DNA from: Thermodesulfobacteriota bacterium | GTDB taxonomy: Bacteria; Desulfobacterota_D; UBA1144; Nemesobacterales; Mycalebacteriaceae | Direction of reading: 5' to 3' | NCBI GenBank assembly: GCA_965205855.1 | Contig: OZ242184.1 | Location: forward strand, 416,001 to 480,000 | DNA length: 64,000 bases | Part shown: positions 1-9,651 of the stretch, piece by piece | How positions within the stretch are numbered: the stretch's first letter is position 1 | Layout of the letters: every line of letters starts with the position of its first letter | The notes under the pieces: model-generated | Told to the model about the DNA's origin: nothing | What the model saw: only the letters and a program-made list of their open reading frames with translations | Database searches by the model: none | Translations under genes and position numbers: made by a program

Positions 1-2
1 TA

Positions 3-749
3 GACGCCGAATGCCGGAAAGGAAAATACGGCGGAGCGTTCAGCAGCTCAACCGTTCCGTCCGCGCATCCGTATATTCTCATGAACTATCAGGGCAGTCC
101 TCGCGATGTTATGACTCTTGCCCATGAGCTCGGGCACGGAATTCACCAGTTTCTTTCAAGGGAACAGGGTTATTTCCAGAGTGACGCTCCGCTTACCGTT
201 AGTGAGACCGCAAGCGTGTTTTCAGAGATGCTTGTGTTTCGGAAACTTTTGCAAAACAGCGGCGGAAAAGACAGGCTCGCTCTGCTCTGTGGAAGACTTG
301 AAGAATCCTTTGCAACTGTTTTCCGCCAAACGGTCATGACGAGGTTTGAGCAATCTCTTCACGAGGCGCGGCGGAGCGAAGGTGAGCTGCCGACCGTGCG
401 GGTGAATGAATTGTGGATAAAAGCGAACCGTGCAATGTTTGGTGATTCGGTAACTCTCACGGCGGATTACGGGTTGTGGTGGATGTATGTTCCGCATTTT
501 GTACACTCGCCTTTCTATTGTTATTCATATTCATTTGGAGAGATTCTGGTTCTTTCGCTTTACGGGGAATACACACGTCACGGCGGCGGGTTTGTTCCGG
601 GATATATCGACCTTCTTTCTTCCGGCGGGAGTGACAGTCCGGAAGTTTTAATTCGCAAAACAGGCGTTGACATATCCAAGCCGGGTTTCTGGAGAAAAGG
701 TTTCGGATTGCTGGAGGATATGCTTGAAGAGGCCGTTTCGCTTGCTTGA
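3..749 (+). CDS. pepF: M3 family oligoendopeptidase F (5'-truncated by window edge)
   Basis: Frame open from base 3 (DAECRKGKYGGAF...); TLAHELGHGIH zinc motif, SETASVFSE, PHFVHSPFYCYSYSFG. Confidence 0.9.
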   Translation, partial: DAECRKGKYGGAFSSSTVPSAHPYILMNYQGSPRDVMTLAHELGHGIHQFLSREQGYFQSDAPLTVSETASVFSEMLVFRKLLQNSGGKDRLALLCGRLEESFATVFRQTVMTRFEQSLHEARRSEGELPTVRVNELWIKANRAMFGDSVTLTADYGLWWMYVPHFVHSPFYCYSYSFGEILVLSLYGEYTRHGGGFVPGYIDLLSSGGSDSPEVLIRKTGVDISKPGFWRKGFGLLEDMLEEAVSLA

Positions 750-797
750 AAAGGCCTGTTTGCGCTTCCGGCGACTTTAAGAGAGAATTGAAAGGCA

Positions 798-923
798 ATG
801 GTATATTTCATAGCGTCATGCGTTGTTACATGGTCGGTTTTGGGCTTTTACGCGCTGGTTCTTATTGCGAGAAGCCGCCGCTTGGGGCATCTCGCCGAGG
901 GTGAGGTTGCGGACGGGCGGTAA
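798..923 (+). CDS. ccmD: CcmD-like small membrane protein (41 aa)
   Basis: Own translation MVYFIASCVVTWSVLGFYALVLIARSRRLGHLAEGEVADGR: one TM helix with W/Y then basic residues, directly upstream of ccmE; below the ORF-track size cutoff. Confidence 0.7.
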   Translation: MVYFIASCVVTWSVLGFYALVLIARSRRLGHLAEGEVADGR

Positions 924-946
924 CGTCTTCCTATCGGATTCTCACA

Positions 947-1357
947 ATGTTTTCCCCGAAGATAAAAATCGTTGTTCCGGTGGTTCTGATTTTGTGCTCG
1001 GTCGCCTATATGGTTTACGATGGCGTGAGCAATACGATGGTCTATTACCTGACCGTTTCCGAACTTGAGCGCACCTTTGTGGAAGGGAAAAGATACAGGG
1101 TTTCGGGTCCCGTTCTGGAGAAGAGTGTTGTGAAGGAACCGGACGGCGGATTGAGATTTTCAATAAGCGACGATGCCGGAAAAATCCTTGAAGTTTATTA
1201 TCGCGGCACGGTGCCCGACACTTTCAGGGAGGGGGTTGAAGCGGTTGTTGAAGGGGTTTACAGTAATTCAGAAATTTTTGTGGCGGATATTCTTCTCGCA
1301 AAATGCCCGACCAAGTATGAATCCTCGGACGGTTTGTACTTAAAGAGTAACAACTAA
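947..1357 (+). CDS. ccmE: Cytochrome c maturation heme chaperone CcmE (CxxxY type)
   Basis: N-terminal TM, YYLTVSEL, PDTFREG, LAKCPTKY motif. Confidence 0.93.
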   Translation: MFSPKIKIVVPVVLILCSVAYMVYDGVSNTMVYYLTVSELERTFVEGKRYRVSGPVLEKSVVKEPDGGLRFSISDDAGKILEVYYRGTVPDTFREGVEAVVEGVYSNSEIFVADILLAKCPTKYESSDGLYLKSNN

Positions 1358-1359
1358 AA

Positions 1360-3330
1360 ATGAACTTATATGAGCTGGGCGGCACGGCAGTCGCTTTTTG
1401 TTTCCTTCTCTCGGTTTATTCGCTTGTTTGCTCCTTTGCCGGAGGTGTGTTTCACAACTCCCGCCTGATTAAAAGCGCCGAGTTCTCGGTTGTCGCGGGC
1501 TTTTTTCTCCTGACAGCGGCGGCGGGTCTTCTTCTGAGCCAGTTGGCATCTCTCAACTTTGAATTGAAATATGTGGCGATGAACACAAGTTCGGACCTGC
1601 CTCTTATATACCGGTTTACTTCGTTGTGGGCGGGGCAGTCCGGATCGCTTTTACTTTGGTGCCTTGTTCTTTCCGCATACTCGGCGGTTTTTGTTTTACG
1701 AGGGGGAGATTCGTCTCCCAGGAGTCGTGCTCTCAAGCCTTACGTGACGGGGGTCCTATCCGGGGTGTCGGTGTTTTTTATCTTTCTCATAGCTTTTGTG
1801 GAGAGCCCGTTTGAGACCCTTCCGTTCGCACCGGATGAGGGGCGGGGGCTGAATCCCATCCTTCAAAATCCGTATATGGCGATTCACCCGCTTGCCCTCT
1901 ATATCGGTTATGTGGGTATAACCGTTCCGTACGCTTTTGGCATGGGCGCTCTTTTAAGCGGAAAGGTGGACTCTCTTTGGATCGGCCTTTCACGCAGATG
2001 GACTCTTTTTTCCTGGGGTTTTCTCAGCCTCGGATTGTTACTGGGCGCGAGGTGGGCCTATCTAGAGCTCGGTTGGGGCGGCTACTGGGCATGGGATCCG
2101 GTTGAAAACGCCGCGTTTATGCCGTGGCTTTCGGGCACTGCTTTTCTGCACTCAATAATGGTTCAGAGACAAAGAAACATGTTTATGAAGTGGAACATCC
2201 TGCTGCTTGCAATCACTTTTTTCCTTTCTATTTTCGGAACCTTTATAACCCGAAGCGGTGTGGTTTCATCCGTTCATTCGTTCGCTCTGTCCGACATAGG
2301 CCCGATGTTTGCGGGTTTTCTGGCTTTTATAGCAGTGTTTTCCTTCGCCGCATTTATGCTTCGCAGGGACAGGTTTGCCGAAGAAAGCAAGTTTGATTCC
2401 GCGCTTTCAAAGGAGAGCGCTTTTGTTTTTAACAACGTTCTTTTTCTCGCGGCGGCTTTTGTGGTTTTTCTTGGAACGGTTTTCCCCATTCTTTCCGAAG
2501 CCGTAACGGGAACGCGCATACTTGTGGGACCGCCGTATTTCAACCGGCTTAATGTTCCCATCGGTCTTGTGCTTATAGCGCTTATGGGAGTGGGGGTCCT
2601 TTTATCGTGGAGGAATACCCCGGCAAGGGTTTTTGTGCGCGTGTTGTTTCCACCCTTTCTTTGCGCTCTTGCGACCGCGTTTTTTCTCGTGGTGGCGGGT
2701 GTGAGAGATATCTCCGCGATTGCCGCATTTTCTCTGTGCGTTTTTTCGTCCGCATCAGCGGTGTCAGAGTTTTACAAAGGAGCACAAATATTACGCGCGC
2801 GTGGAGGCGGACGGCTTTCGGCTTTTTTTGCGCTTTTCTCCAAGGACTCAAGAAAATACGGCGGCTATATTGTTCATATCGGGGTCGCAGTGATAGTTGC
2901 GGGCATTACGGCATCATCTGTTTTCCCGACAAAAAACGAAATCTCCATGATGCCGGGCGATAAAGTTTCTATCGGCCGATATAACCTGACATACGACGGG
3001 ACAGAGCGCCGGACTACCGTGGCAAAGGATGTTCTTTCCGCCCGTATTTCAGTTTCAACAAATGGCAGGGCGGTGGGTGTTCTCGTTGCGGAGAAAAACC
3101 GTTACTTATACGAAGGTAACAGAGAGATAAATCGCGAAACGGAGGTCGGTCTTCTGTCTTCGTGGAAGGACGACCTGTATGTCGTTCTTATGGAAACCGG
3201 AGCTGATGGTTCGGCACTGATGCTGTTTGTGCTCAATCCCATGGTCTCATGGATATGGACGGGCGGGGTTGTGCTTCTTCTCGGTGCTGCGATGTCGTTT
3301 TCCGGGGCGCGCAAGAGAGGAAAAAAATGA
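1360..3330 (+). CDS. ccmF: Heme lyase CcmF
   Basis: WAGQSGSLLLW, LNPILQNPYMAIHP, WGGYWAWDPVEN (WWD domain), SVHSF. Confidence 0.96.
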   Translation: MNLYELGGTAVAFCFLLSVYSLVCSFAGGVFHNSRLIKSAEFSVVAGFFLLTAAAGLLLSQLASLNFELKYVAMNTSSDLPLIYRFTSLWAGQSGSLLLWCLVLSAYSAVFVLRGGDSSPRSRALKPYVTGVLSGVSVFFIFLIAFVESPFETLPFAPDEGRGLNPILQNPYMAIHPLALYIGYVGITVPYAFGMGALLSGKVDSLWIGLSRRWTLFSWGFLSLGLLLGARWAYLELGWGGYWAWDPVENAAFMPWLSGTAFLHSIMVQRQRNMFMKWNILLLAITFFLSIFGTFITRSGVVSSVHSFALSDIGPMFAGFLAFIAVFSFAAFMLRRDRFAEESKFDSALSKESAFVFNNVLFLAAAFVVFLGTVFPILSEAVTGTRILVGPPYFNRLNVPIGLVLIALMGVGVLLSWRNTPARVFVRVLFPPFLCALATAFFLVVAGVRDISAIAAFSLCVFSSASAVSEFYKGAQILRARGGGRLSAFFALFSKDSRKYGGYIVHIGVAVIVAGITASSVFPTKNEISMMPGDKVSIGRYNLTYDGTERRTTVAKDVLSARISVSTNGRAVGVLVAEKNRYLYEGNREINRETEVGLLSSWKDDLYVVLMETGADGSALMLFVLNPMVSWIWTGGVVLLLGAAMSFSGARKRGKK

Positions 3331-3455
3331 CTGTTGAAGGCCTGATTGCGGTTTTTGTATCGGTAGCCGTTTCAGTTTTTGTGGTCAGTCCCTTCTTTAT
3401 GCGGAGCGGAAAGCCGCGCGGGGATGAAGACAACGGAAGCGGAGAAGAGAATTGA
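3327..3455 (+). CDS. Small single-TM protein (42 aa), possibly a CcmI-N-terminus-like accessory factor
   Basis: ATGA overlap with ccmF stop; MTVEGLIAVFVSVAVSVFVVSPFF then acidic tail; its stop overlaps the next start. Confidence 0.55.
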   Translation: MTVEGLIAVFVSVAVSVFVVSPFFMRSGKPRGDEDNGSGEEN

Positions 3456-4705
3456 GGATTCAAACTTTTTCAGCCGCTCTCCTTGTCCTGTTTTGCTGTT
3501 TGTCTGTCCACCCGGCGGGTGCGGGTTCGGAAGGCGGAGAGTTGTTTGTTGAGCGCAAATGCGTCCGTTGCCACACTGTCGGGAGAGGAAGGTTTGTCGG
3601 TCCCGACCTCAAAGGTGTTTTCAGCAGATATACAAGAGAGAAAATCCGTCTCTGGATAACAAACCCTTCCGCCGTGTATCAAGAGGAGGGCAGGATACCC
3701 GTTAATGAAGGTTATCCGCCAATGCCTGTCACAAATGTCAGCCTCTCGGATGCGAAGAAGATAGAGAAATATCTGTTCTCTCTACGCAATATCCCCGATG
3801 AGACCGTCGGGGGAGGTTTGTTCGGCGGCAGTGTTGAGAACCGTACAACTGGCAAACTCGCCTCGGATATTGAAGTTCAGCTCGATTCGTTTATCGGAGA
3901 CCGTCAACTTTCAACCCGCTCGGCAAAAACCGGAAAAGACGGAGAGTTCCACTTTGACGGGCTTTTGTGGAGCGCGGCGCACAGGATATCAATACTGTAT
4001 GGCGGAGTTTTCTATGAAACCGCAAAAATGGTTTTCAGACCGGAGCAACGGGAGATTGAGGTTTATCTGCCGATATATGAAACGGCAACCGATGACAGTA
4101 CGATTGGAGTTGAGTTGAACCATATGATAGTTGAGCCGTCAGGGGGTGGAGCGGTGGTTGCGGAGTTTGTGGAGTTTGTGAACAGGGGTAATGCCGCTGT
4201 TGTTTCCGCAGGAGAAAAAGAAGATTCAGGGACTCTCCGTTTCGGAGTCCCGCGCGGAGCGGTGAGCACAAGCTTCATTCACGGTGTGGAACCGGAAAAG
4301 GTTTCGGGCAAAAACGGCGGGTTTATTTCTCTTCCCGTGCTTCCGGGTCTCAAAAGGGTTGTCTATTCCTACCTGATTCCTTTTCAAAGCGGCGCGTTCG
4401 GTTCCGGACGGGCGTCTTTTGCAAAAAACCTTGAATACGCCGCTTCTTCTTTTACTGTCATGTCTCCTGCGGGTGCGGGTGTTTCGGTTGAAGGTCTCGG
4501 CGACGGCAAACGGGTTTCCGGTGAGGACGGGAGAGTTTTTTTTCGTTGGGAAGGAAAAAACCTTGCCGAGGGACATGAGGTGAAAATTTCAGTTAACTCT
4601 CCGGGCGATAAGACTCCCGTATGGGTTATGCCGGCGGTGACTTTCACGGTTGTTCTTCTGATTGCGGCGCTACTGCGCAGGTTTGCTTCTTCAAGCAAGA
4701 AATGA
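3452..4705 (+). CDS. Secreted, C-terminally anchored monoheme c-type cytochrome fused to beta-sandwich (carboxypeptidase-regulatory-like) domains
   Basis: Signal peptide, CVRCH heme motif, GPDL, YPPMP distal Met, GSVENRTTG..KTGKDGEFHF, C-terminal TM plus basic tail. Confidence 0.75.
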   Translation: MRIQTFSAALLVLFCCLSVHPAGAGSEGGELFVERKCVRCHTVGRGRFVGPDLKGVFSRYTREKIRLWITNPSAVYQEEGRIPVNEGYPPMPVTNVSLSDAKKIEKYLFSLRNIPDETVGGGLFGGSVENRTTGKLASDIEVQLDSFIGDRQLSTRSAKTGKDGEFHFDGLLWSAAHRISILYGGVFYETAKMVFRPEQREIEVYLPIYETATDDSTIGVELNHMIVEPSGGGAVVAEFVEFVNRGNAAVVSAGEKEDSGTLRFGVPRGAVSTSFIHGVEPEKVSGKNGGFISLPVLPGLKRVVYSYLIPFQSGAFGSGRASFAKNLEYAASSFTVMSPAGAGVSVEGLGDGKRVSGEDGRVFFRWEGKNLAEGHEVKISVNSPGDKTPVWVMPAVTFTVVLLIAALLRRFASSSKK

Positions 4706-4779
4706 CGCGGTTACGCTTTCCACATTTTCCACAATTTTTAGAGTTGGAACGAACTGAACCTGTGGAATCAAAACTGCCT

Positions 4780-6378
4780 TTAGCTTCCCGCGGCGGCATT
4801 GCGGTCTTTATCCTTGCTCCACTTTTTCCCCGTAAAAAACCGGCTCATTGCGTCCGCAAGTCCTTCCGCCGTGTGGTTTTTTGCCGTAACGGACGGTTTT
4901 AATCCCGCTTCTTTTGCGGTTTGTGCAGTTATGGGACCTATGCAGGCGATAGCCGTTCCGCGCAGAATTTCAGGGTCATTTCCGAATATACCGAGAAAGT
5001 GTCTCACTGATGACGAACTTGTGAATACCACCATGTCCGCAGAGCCGCGCGACAATTCCCTTTCAACCGCCTCAATGTCCGCGGGATTGTGTTTCGGCGT
5101 TCTTACGCGGTAACACGAGGCGGTTTCAACATCTGCTCCCATTTTTACAAGTCCTTCCGGCAAAGCATCCCTGGCTTTCTCCGCCCTTGGGATAAAAAAC
5201 CTTTTTCCCCGAATCCTGTGTTTTCCGAGCTCCGAAAGTATTCCCTCGGCGGTGTATTTTTCAGGCACAACATCCGCCATAACCCCCCGGTTGTTCAACG
5301 TTTCGGCGGTTTTGCTTCCTATACATACGGTTCTTACACCCGCAAGCGATCTTGAATCAAGCCCTTTGCCGCGCAGCCTCGTGAAAAACCTCTCCACTCC
5401 GTTGACGCTTGTGAATACCAGAAAATCACACGACGCAAGGTTTGCAATCATCCTGTCAGCGGCTTTCCACGAAGCCGGATGGTAGATTTCTATGCACGGG
5501 AAACTTATGACCTCCGCTCCGTGTTGCTGGAGAAGCTTGACAAAGCCCGCCGACTGTCCCGCGGGTCTGGTGATGATTATTTGTTTTCCGAACAGAGGTT
5601 TTTTCTCAAACCAGTTTAGCCTGTTTCTCAGTTTGATTGCGCCGCCCACCATAACGACCGCGGGAGACAGGGATTTCCCTTCTTCGCGAATTTTCCCCCG
5701 TATGTTTTCAAGCGTTCCGACAACGGTTTTTTGCGCACCCGTTGTTCCGCGTGAGGTTACCATAACGGGTGTTCGGCGGGGTTTTTTCATTTTTATCAGT
5801 TTTGCCGTTATCTCTTCGATGTTGTTAACAGACATAAGGAATACAACCGTTTCCATTCCAGAAATATGTTTCCAGTTAAGTTTTGAAGATTTTTTTCCGG
5901 GTTTTTCATGTCCGGTTACTACCGCGAAGGACGAGTTGAAGTCCCTGTGGGTCAGTGGCACGCCCGAATATGCGGCAACGGAGTGAACCGAACTCACTCC
6001 GGGAACTATCTCAACCGATATACCCTCCGACACAAGGGCTTCGGTTTCTTCGCCACCCCTTCCGAACACAAACGGGTCTCCGCCTTTCAGACGGACGACC
6101 TTTTTTCCCCGCCTTGCCCTGTTGATTAGCAACGCGTTAATCTCCTTCTGTTCAAGGGTTTTGAACCCTTTTTTCTTGCCCGCGAAAATAATCTCTGCTC
6201 CGCTCCGGGTGAATTCCAGAAGCGAATCGTTTGCGAGTGCGTCATAAATAACCACATCGGCCAGCGCCAGCGTTTCCATCCCCTTTATGGTTATTAGCCC
6301 CGGATCTCCCGGTCCCGCGCCGACCAGAAAAACCGCAGGATTTCCGCTTGATATTTTTCTGTTTTTCATCAGAGCCAT
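4780..6378 (-). CDS. cobA: Uroporphyrinogen-III C-methyltransferase / uroporphyrinogen-III synthase fusion (CobA-HemD)
   Basis: VGAGPGDPGLIT, RLKGGDPFVFGRGGEE, then WFEKKPLFGK..ITRP, FTSVNGV, FTSSSSV, CIGPITA; start set at MALMKN (6369 is an alternative). Confidence 0.92.
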   Translation of the reverse strand: MALMKNRKISSGNPAVFLVGAGPGDPGLITIKGMETLALADVVIYDALANDSLLEFTRSGAEIIFAGKKKGFKTLEQKEINALLINRARRGKKVVRLKGGDPFVFGRGGEETEALVSEGISVEIVPGVSSVHSVAAYSGVPLTHRDFNSSFAVVTGHEKPGKKSSKLNWKHISGMETVVFLMSVNNIEEITAKLIKMKKPRRTPVMVTSRGTTGAQKTVVGTLENIRGKIREEGKSLSPAVVMVGGAIKLRNRLNWFEKKPLFGKQIIITRPAGQSAGFVKLLQQHGAEVISFPCIEIYHPASWKAADRMIANLASCDFLVFTSVNGVERFFTRLRGKGLDSRSLAGVRTVCIGSKTAETLNNRGVMADVVPEKYTAEGILSELGKHRIRGKRFFIPRAEKARDALPEGLVKMGADVETASCYRVRTPKHNPADIEAVERELSRGSADMVVFTSSSSVRHFLGIFGNDPEILRGTAIACIGPITAQTAKEAGLKPSVTAKNHTAEGLADAMSRFFTGKKWSKDKDRNAAAGS

Positions 6379-6481
6379 TAGCAAAAACAAAGGGCGTCCC
6401 GTTGTCAAGAAGCGCGCGCTTGACAACAACCTTTTTTCTCTTAGTTTTATCAAGAGCGGGACTCCGCGCTAGGTGTTAAAA

Positions 6482-7012
6482 ATGAAAAAAAGGTTCACAT
6501 ACGGTATTGCGGTCGCTTTTTTTACAGTCGTGTTTTTTTCTTCCGTTTCATCGGCGGACTGTTTGGAAGAAGGAGAGGCAAAGAGAAAATCCTGGAGCGG
6601 ATTTTTTAAGAAAAAAGACAGCCACGGCTACGGCAAGCACGGGAGAAAACACGGATACAAAGCTTTCTGGTGGAGAGACTCCTCAATGGCGGAGAGGCTC
6701 AGACTTAAAGACGGCCAGATTGTCGGGATGGATGAAATTGCCGGTTCGTACATACGTAAACTTGCGGACTCGTATCAACTGATGTTTGACGCAAAACGCG
6801 AGCTCGGCGAACTCATGGGAAAACCCAAGGCGTCTGACGCCGCAATCAAAACAGCTGCAGAGAAGAAGTACCAGGCGTTGCTACGTAACAAACGGCTGAA
6901 ACTGGACATGGCTCTCGCTATGAGAGCCGAGTTGACCCCGCGGCAGATTCGGGAACTCGCGCTTATGAAAATGAAAAATAAAACATGGCGCAGAGGATGC
7001 GGAAAAAACTGA
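6482..7012 (+). CDS. Periplasmic Spy/CpxP/ZraP-like protein
   Basis: Signal peptide, WW..L.L...Q helix, LTPRQ (LTxxQ) motif, His/Gly-rich N-terminus. Confidence 0.7.
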   Translation: MKKRFTYGIAVAFFTVVFFSSVSSADCLEEGEAKRKSWSGFFKKKDSHGYGKHGRKHGYKAFWWRDSSMAERLRLKDGQIVGMDEIAGSYIRKLADSYQLMFDAKRELGELMGKPKASDAAIKTAAEKKYQALLRNKRLKLDMALAMRAELTPRQIRELALMKMKNKTWRRGCGKN

Positions 7013-7017
7013 TTTAA

Positions 7018-9051
7018 GTGGGAGTTTTCAAATTTCACAGTGAATTCAAGCCCGCCGGCGGACAGCCGGAAGCTATCAAACAGATTGTCTCCCGTATCCG
7101 AGCGGGCGTTTCTGACCAGGTTTTGCTCGGAGTAACGGGCAGCGGGAAAACCTTCTCCGTAGCCCATGCAATAGCGCAGACGCAGTATCCGGCTCTTGTT
7201 CTGGCACACAACAAGACCCTTGCCGCACAACTCTACGGGGAGTTCAGGGAGTTTTTTCCGGAAAATGCCGTCCACTACTTCATAAGTTATTACGACTACT
7301 ACCAGCCGGAGGCTTATATCCCGCAGAGCAACACCTTTATAGAGAAGGATGTTTCAATCAACGACCATATAGACAAGATGCGCCACGCCGCCACCACGGC
7401 GCTTTTTGACCGGCGCGACATTATTGTCGTGGCGAGTGTGTCTGCAATATACGGCATCGGCTCCCCGGAGGACTATTACGGAATGATGAACTCTGTTTAC
7501 AAAGGCGAGACAGCGGACAGGGATATTTTTCTTTCAAAACTTACGAGTGTTCAATATCAGAGAAGCAACGGAGTTCCGGAAAGGGGAACATTCAGAGTTC
7601 GCGGGGATGTTGTTGATGTGGTTCCCTCCCACGGAGGCGGGGGAGCCGTAAGGATTGAGTTTTTCGGAGACACAGTTGAAAGCATAACAGAGATAGACCC
7701 CGATACCGGAGCCGTTATCCGGCCTATGGAAAAAGCGGTTTTTTATCCCGCATCCCACTACGTCGCGCCGCGGGAAAAGCTCCTTGCTTCTATAAAAGCC
7801 GTCAAAAAAGAGCTCACGGAAAGGTGTGAATATTTTTCCTCGCGCGGAATGGATGAGAAAAAAAACAGGATAAGGGAGCGCACTCTTAAGGATATTGAGT
7901 TTCTTGAGACAATGGGTTTCTGTCCGGGAATAGAAAACTATTCGCGCCACCTTACGGGAAGAGCCGAGGGAGAGCCGCCGTTTACTCTTCTTGATTATTT
8001 TCCGGACGATTTCATCTGTGTGATAGACGAAAGCCACCAGACCGTGCCGCAGATTCGCGGTATGCACGCCGGAGACAGAAGCCGCAAAACAACACTTGTT
8101 GAGCACGGGTTCAGACTTCCTTCCGCCATTGACAACCGCCCCTTGAATTTTGAAGAATTTACCGAAAAAATCGGTCGGACGATATATGTTTCGGCCACTC
8201 CGGCGGAGTATGAAATTAACAAATCCGCCGGTGCAGTGGCGGAGCAGATCATTCGCCCCACGGGGCTTGCAGACCCTAAAGTGGAAGTCAGGCCCGCGCG
8301 CGGACAGGTTGATGACCTGCTTGAGGAAGTCCGCCGCGCCGTTGAATCTTCGGAGCGGGTTCTTGTTTCCACTCTCACAAAGAAAATGGCGGAGGATTTG
8401 ACCGAGCATTACAGGGAGGCGGGTGTGAGAGTGCGCTATATGCATTCGGAGATAGAGACGCTTGAGCGGATTCGCATAATCTATGATTTAAGAAGCGGAG
8501 AGTTTGATGTGCTTGTTGGGATAAACCTTTTACGTGAAGGGCTTGACATTCCCGAAGTGGCGCTTTTCGCAGTTCTTGACGCGGATAGCGAGGGCTATCT
8601 GCGCAGTGAGACCTCTTTGATTCAGATGTTCGGCAGGGCGGCGAGAAACACAAAAGGCAGGGTCATAATGTATGGAGATGAGACTACGCGCTCAATGAAA
8701 GCCGCGATAAGAGAGACCGCGCGGCGCAGAGAAATACAGGTTGAATACAACAAAAAACACGGTATAACTCCCTCGGATATAAGAAAAAATATCAACGGTC
8801 CCATGGGTCTTGTATGCGGCGCGGACTATTGCGACATTTCCGACGATGATGCGCCGCACGACATTGCGCCCGAAGACATACCACGCGCGGTCAAATCCCT
8901 CACGGTAGAGATGAGAAAAAACGCCGCAGATCTGGAGTTTGAAAAAGCCGCCGCTATCAAAAAAAAGATACTGAAACTCAAGGAGATGGAAGCGGAGTAT
9001 GTCGCGGTCATGAGAGGTCGGGACGGGGACGGGAACGGAAAGGATTATTAA
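7018..9051 (+). CDS. uvrB: Excinuclease ABC subunit B
   Basis: LGVTGSGKT, YYDYYQPEAY, DESH, GINLLREGLD, C-terminal UVR LEFEKAA. Confidence 0.97.
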   Translation: MGVFKFHSEFKPAGGQPEAIKQIVSRIRAGVSDQVLLGVTGSGKTFSVAHAIAQTQYPALVLAHNKTLAAQLYGEFREFFPENAVHYFISYYDYYQPEAYIPQSNTFIEKDVSINDHIDKMRHAATTALFDRRDIIVVASVSAIYGIGSPEDYYGMMNSVYKGETADRDIFLSKLTSVQYQRSNGVPERGTFRVRGDVVDVVPSHGGGGAVRIEFFGDTVESITEIDPDTGAVIRPMEKAVFYPASHYVAPREKLLASIKAVKKELTERCEYFSSRGMDEKKNRIRERTLKDIEFLETMGFCPGIENYSRHLTGRAEGEPPFTLLDYFPDDFICVIDESHQTVPQIRGMHAGDRSRKTTLVEHGFRLPSAIDNRPLNFEEFTEKIGRTIYVSATPAEYEINKSAGAVAEQIIRPTGLADPKVEVRPARGQVDDLLEEVRRAVESSERVLVSTLTKKMAEDLTEHYREAGVRVRYMHSEIETLERIRIIYDLRSGEFDVLVGINLLREGLDIPEVALFAVLDADSEGYLRSETSLIQMFGRAARNTKGRVIMYGDETTRSMKAAIRETARRREIQVEYNKKHGITPSDIRKNINGPMGLVCGADYCDISDDDAPHDIAPEDIPRAVKSLTVEMRKNAADLEFEKAAAIKKKILKLKEMEAEYVAVMRGRDGDGNGKDY

Positions 9052-9072
9052 CGAAAGGATAAACGCGACTGC

Positions 9073-9100
9073 TTGCTTAATTCTTCTTTTTGAGTAGAAT
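9073..9100 (+). promoter_or_regulatory. sigma70-like promoter for the rimP operon
   Basis: TTGCTT-16 nt-TAGAAT. Confidence 0.5.
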
Positions 9101-9128
9101 AAAACCCAAACAGCTACTGGTTTTACAG

Positions 9129-9151
9129 AAGCGGGCCCTGAGCCCGCTTTT
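9129..9151 (+). promoter_or_regulatory. rimP leader hairpin (terminator-like)
   Basis: AAGCGGGC-CCTGA-GCCCGCTT-TT immediately upstream of rimP, matching the position and shape of the known rimP leader. Confidence 0.7.
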
Positions 9152-9180
9152 GTATGATTGGTTTCCGAGAGGTTGTGTTG

Positions 9181-9648
9181 ATGAAAAATGGCAATGAAAC
9201 GGAGACAGTTGCGAAACTGTCCGAAATAACCGAAAAGGTCGCGGCGCAATCCGGATTTGAGGTTGTGGATGTGCGTGTCGACGGTGCCGGAAGGATTTCG
9301 GTTTTTGTTGATAAACCGGGTGGAGTAAACATAGAAGAGTGCGCGGATTTGAGCAGAGAGATGTGCGTTTTGATTGATATTGAAGAAGTTATGTTCTCGT
9401 CCTATACGCTTGAGGTCTCGTCTCCGGGTCCCGAAAGACCCCTCACAAAACCCAGTGACTATGACAGATTTGACGGAAAAAGGGCGAAGGTCAGGACAAA
9501 AGACCCCGTTGACGGGCGCAAGGTGTTCACGGGACTCATAGGCGGGATAGAAAATGGTTTTCTCAAACTGTCCGACGAGGATACGGGCGGGGTTTTCTCA
9601 ATACCGTTTGATAGCATAGAGAAAGCAAATCTGAGGCGGCAGTTGTAA
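9181..9648 (+). CDS. rimP: Ribosome maturation factor RimP
   Basis: VDKPGGVNIEECADLSR, YTLEVSSPG.ERPL; ATG at 9154 is an alternative start. Confidence 0.93.
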   Translation: MKNGNETETVAKLSEITEKVAAQSGFEVVDVRVDGAGRISVFVDKPGGVNIEECADLSREMCVLIDIEEVMFSSYTLEVSSPGPERPLTKPSDYDRFDGKRAKVRTKDPVDGRKVFTGLIGGIENGFLKLSDEDTGGVFSIPFDSIEKANLRRQL

Positions 9649-9651
9649 ACA

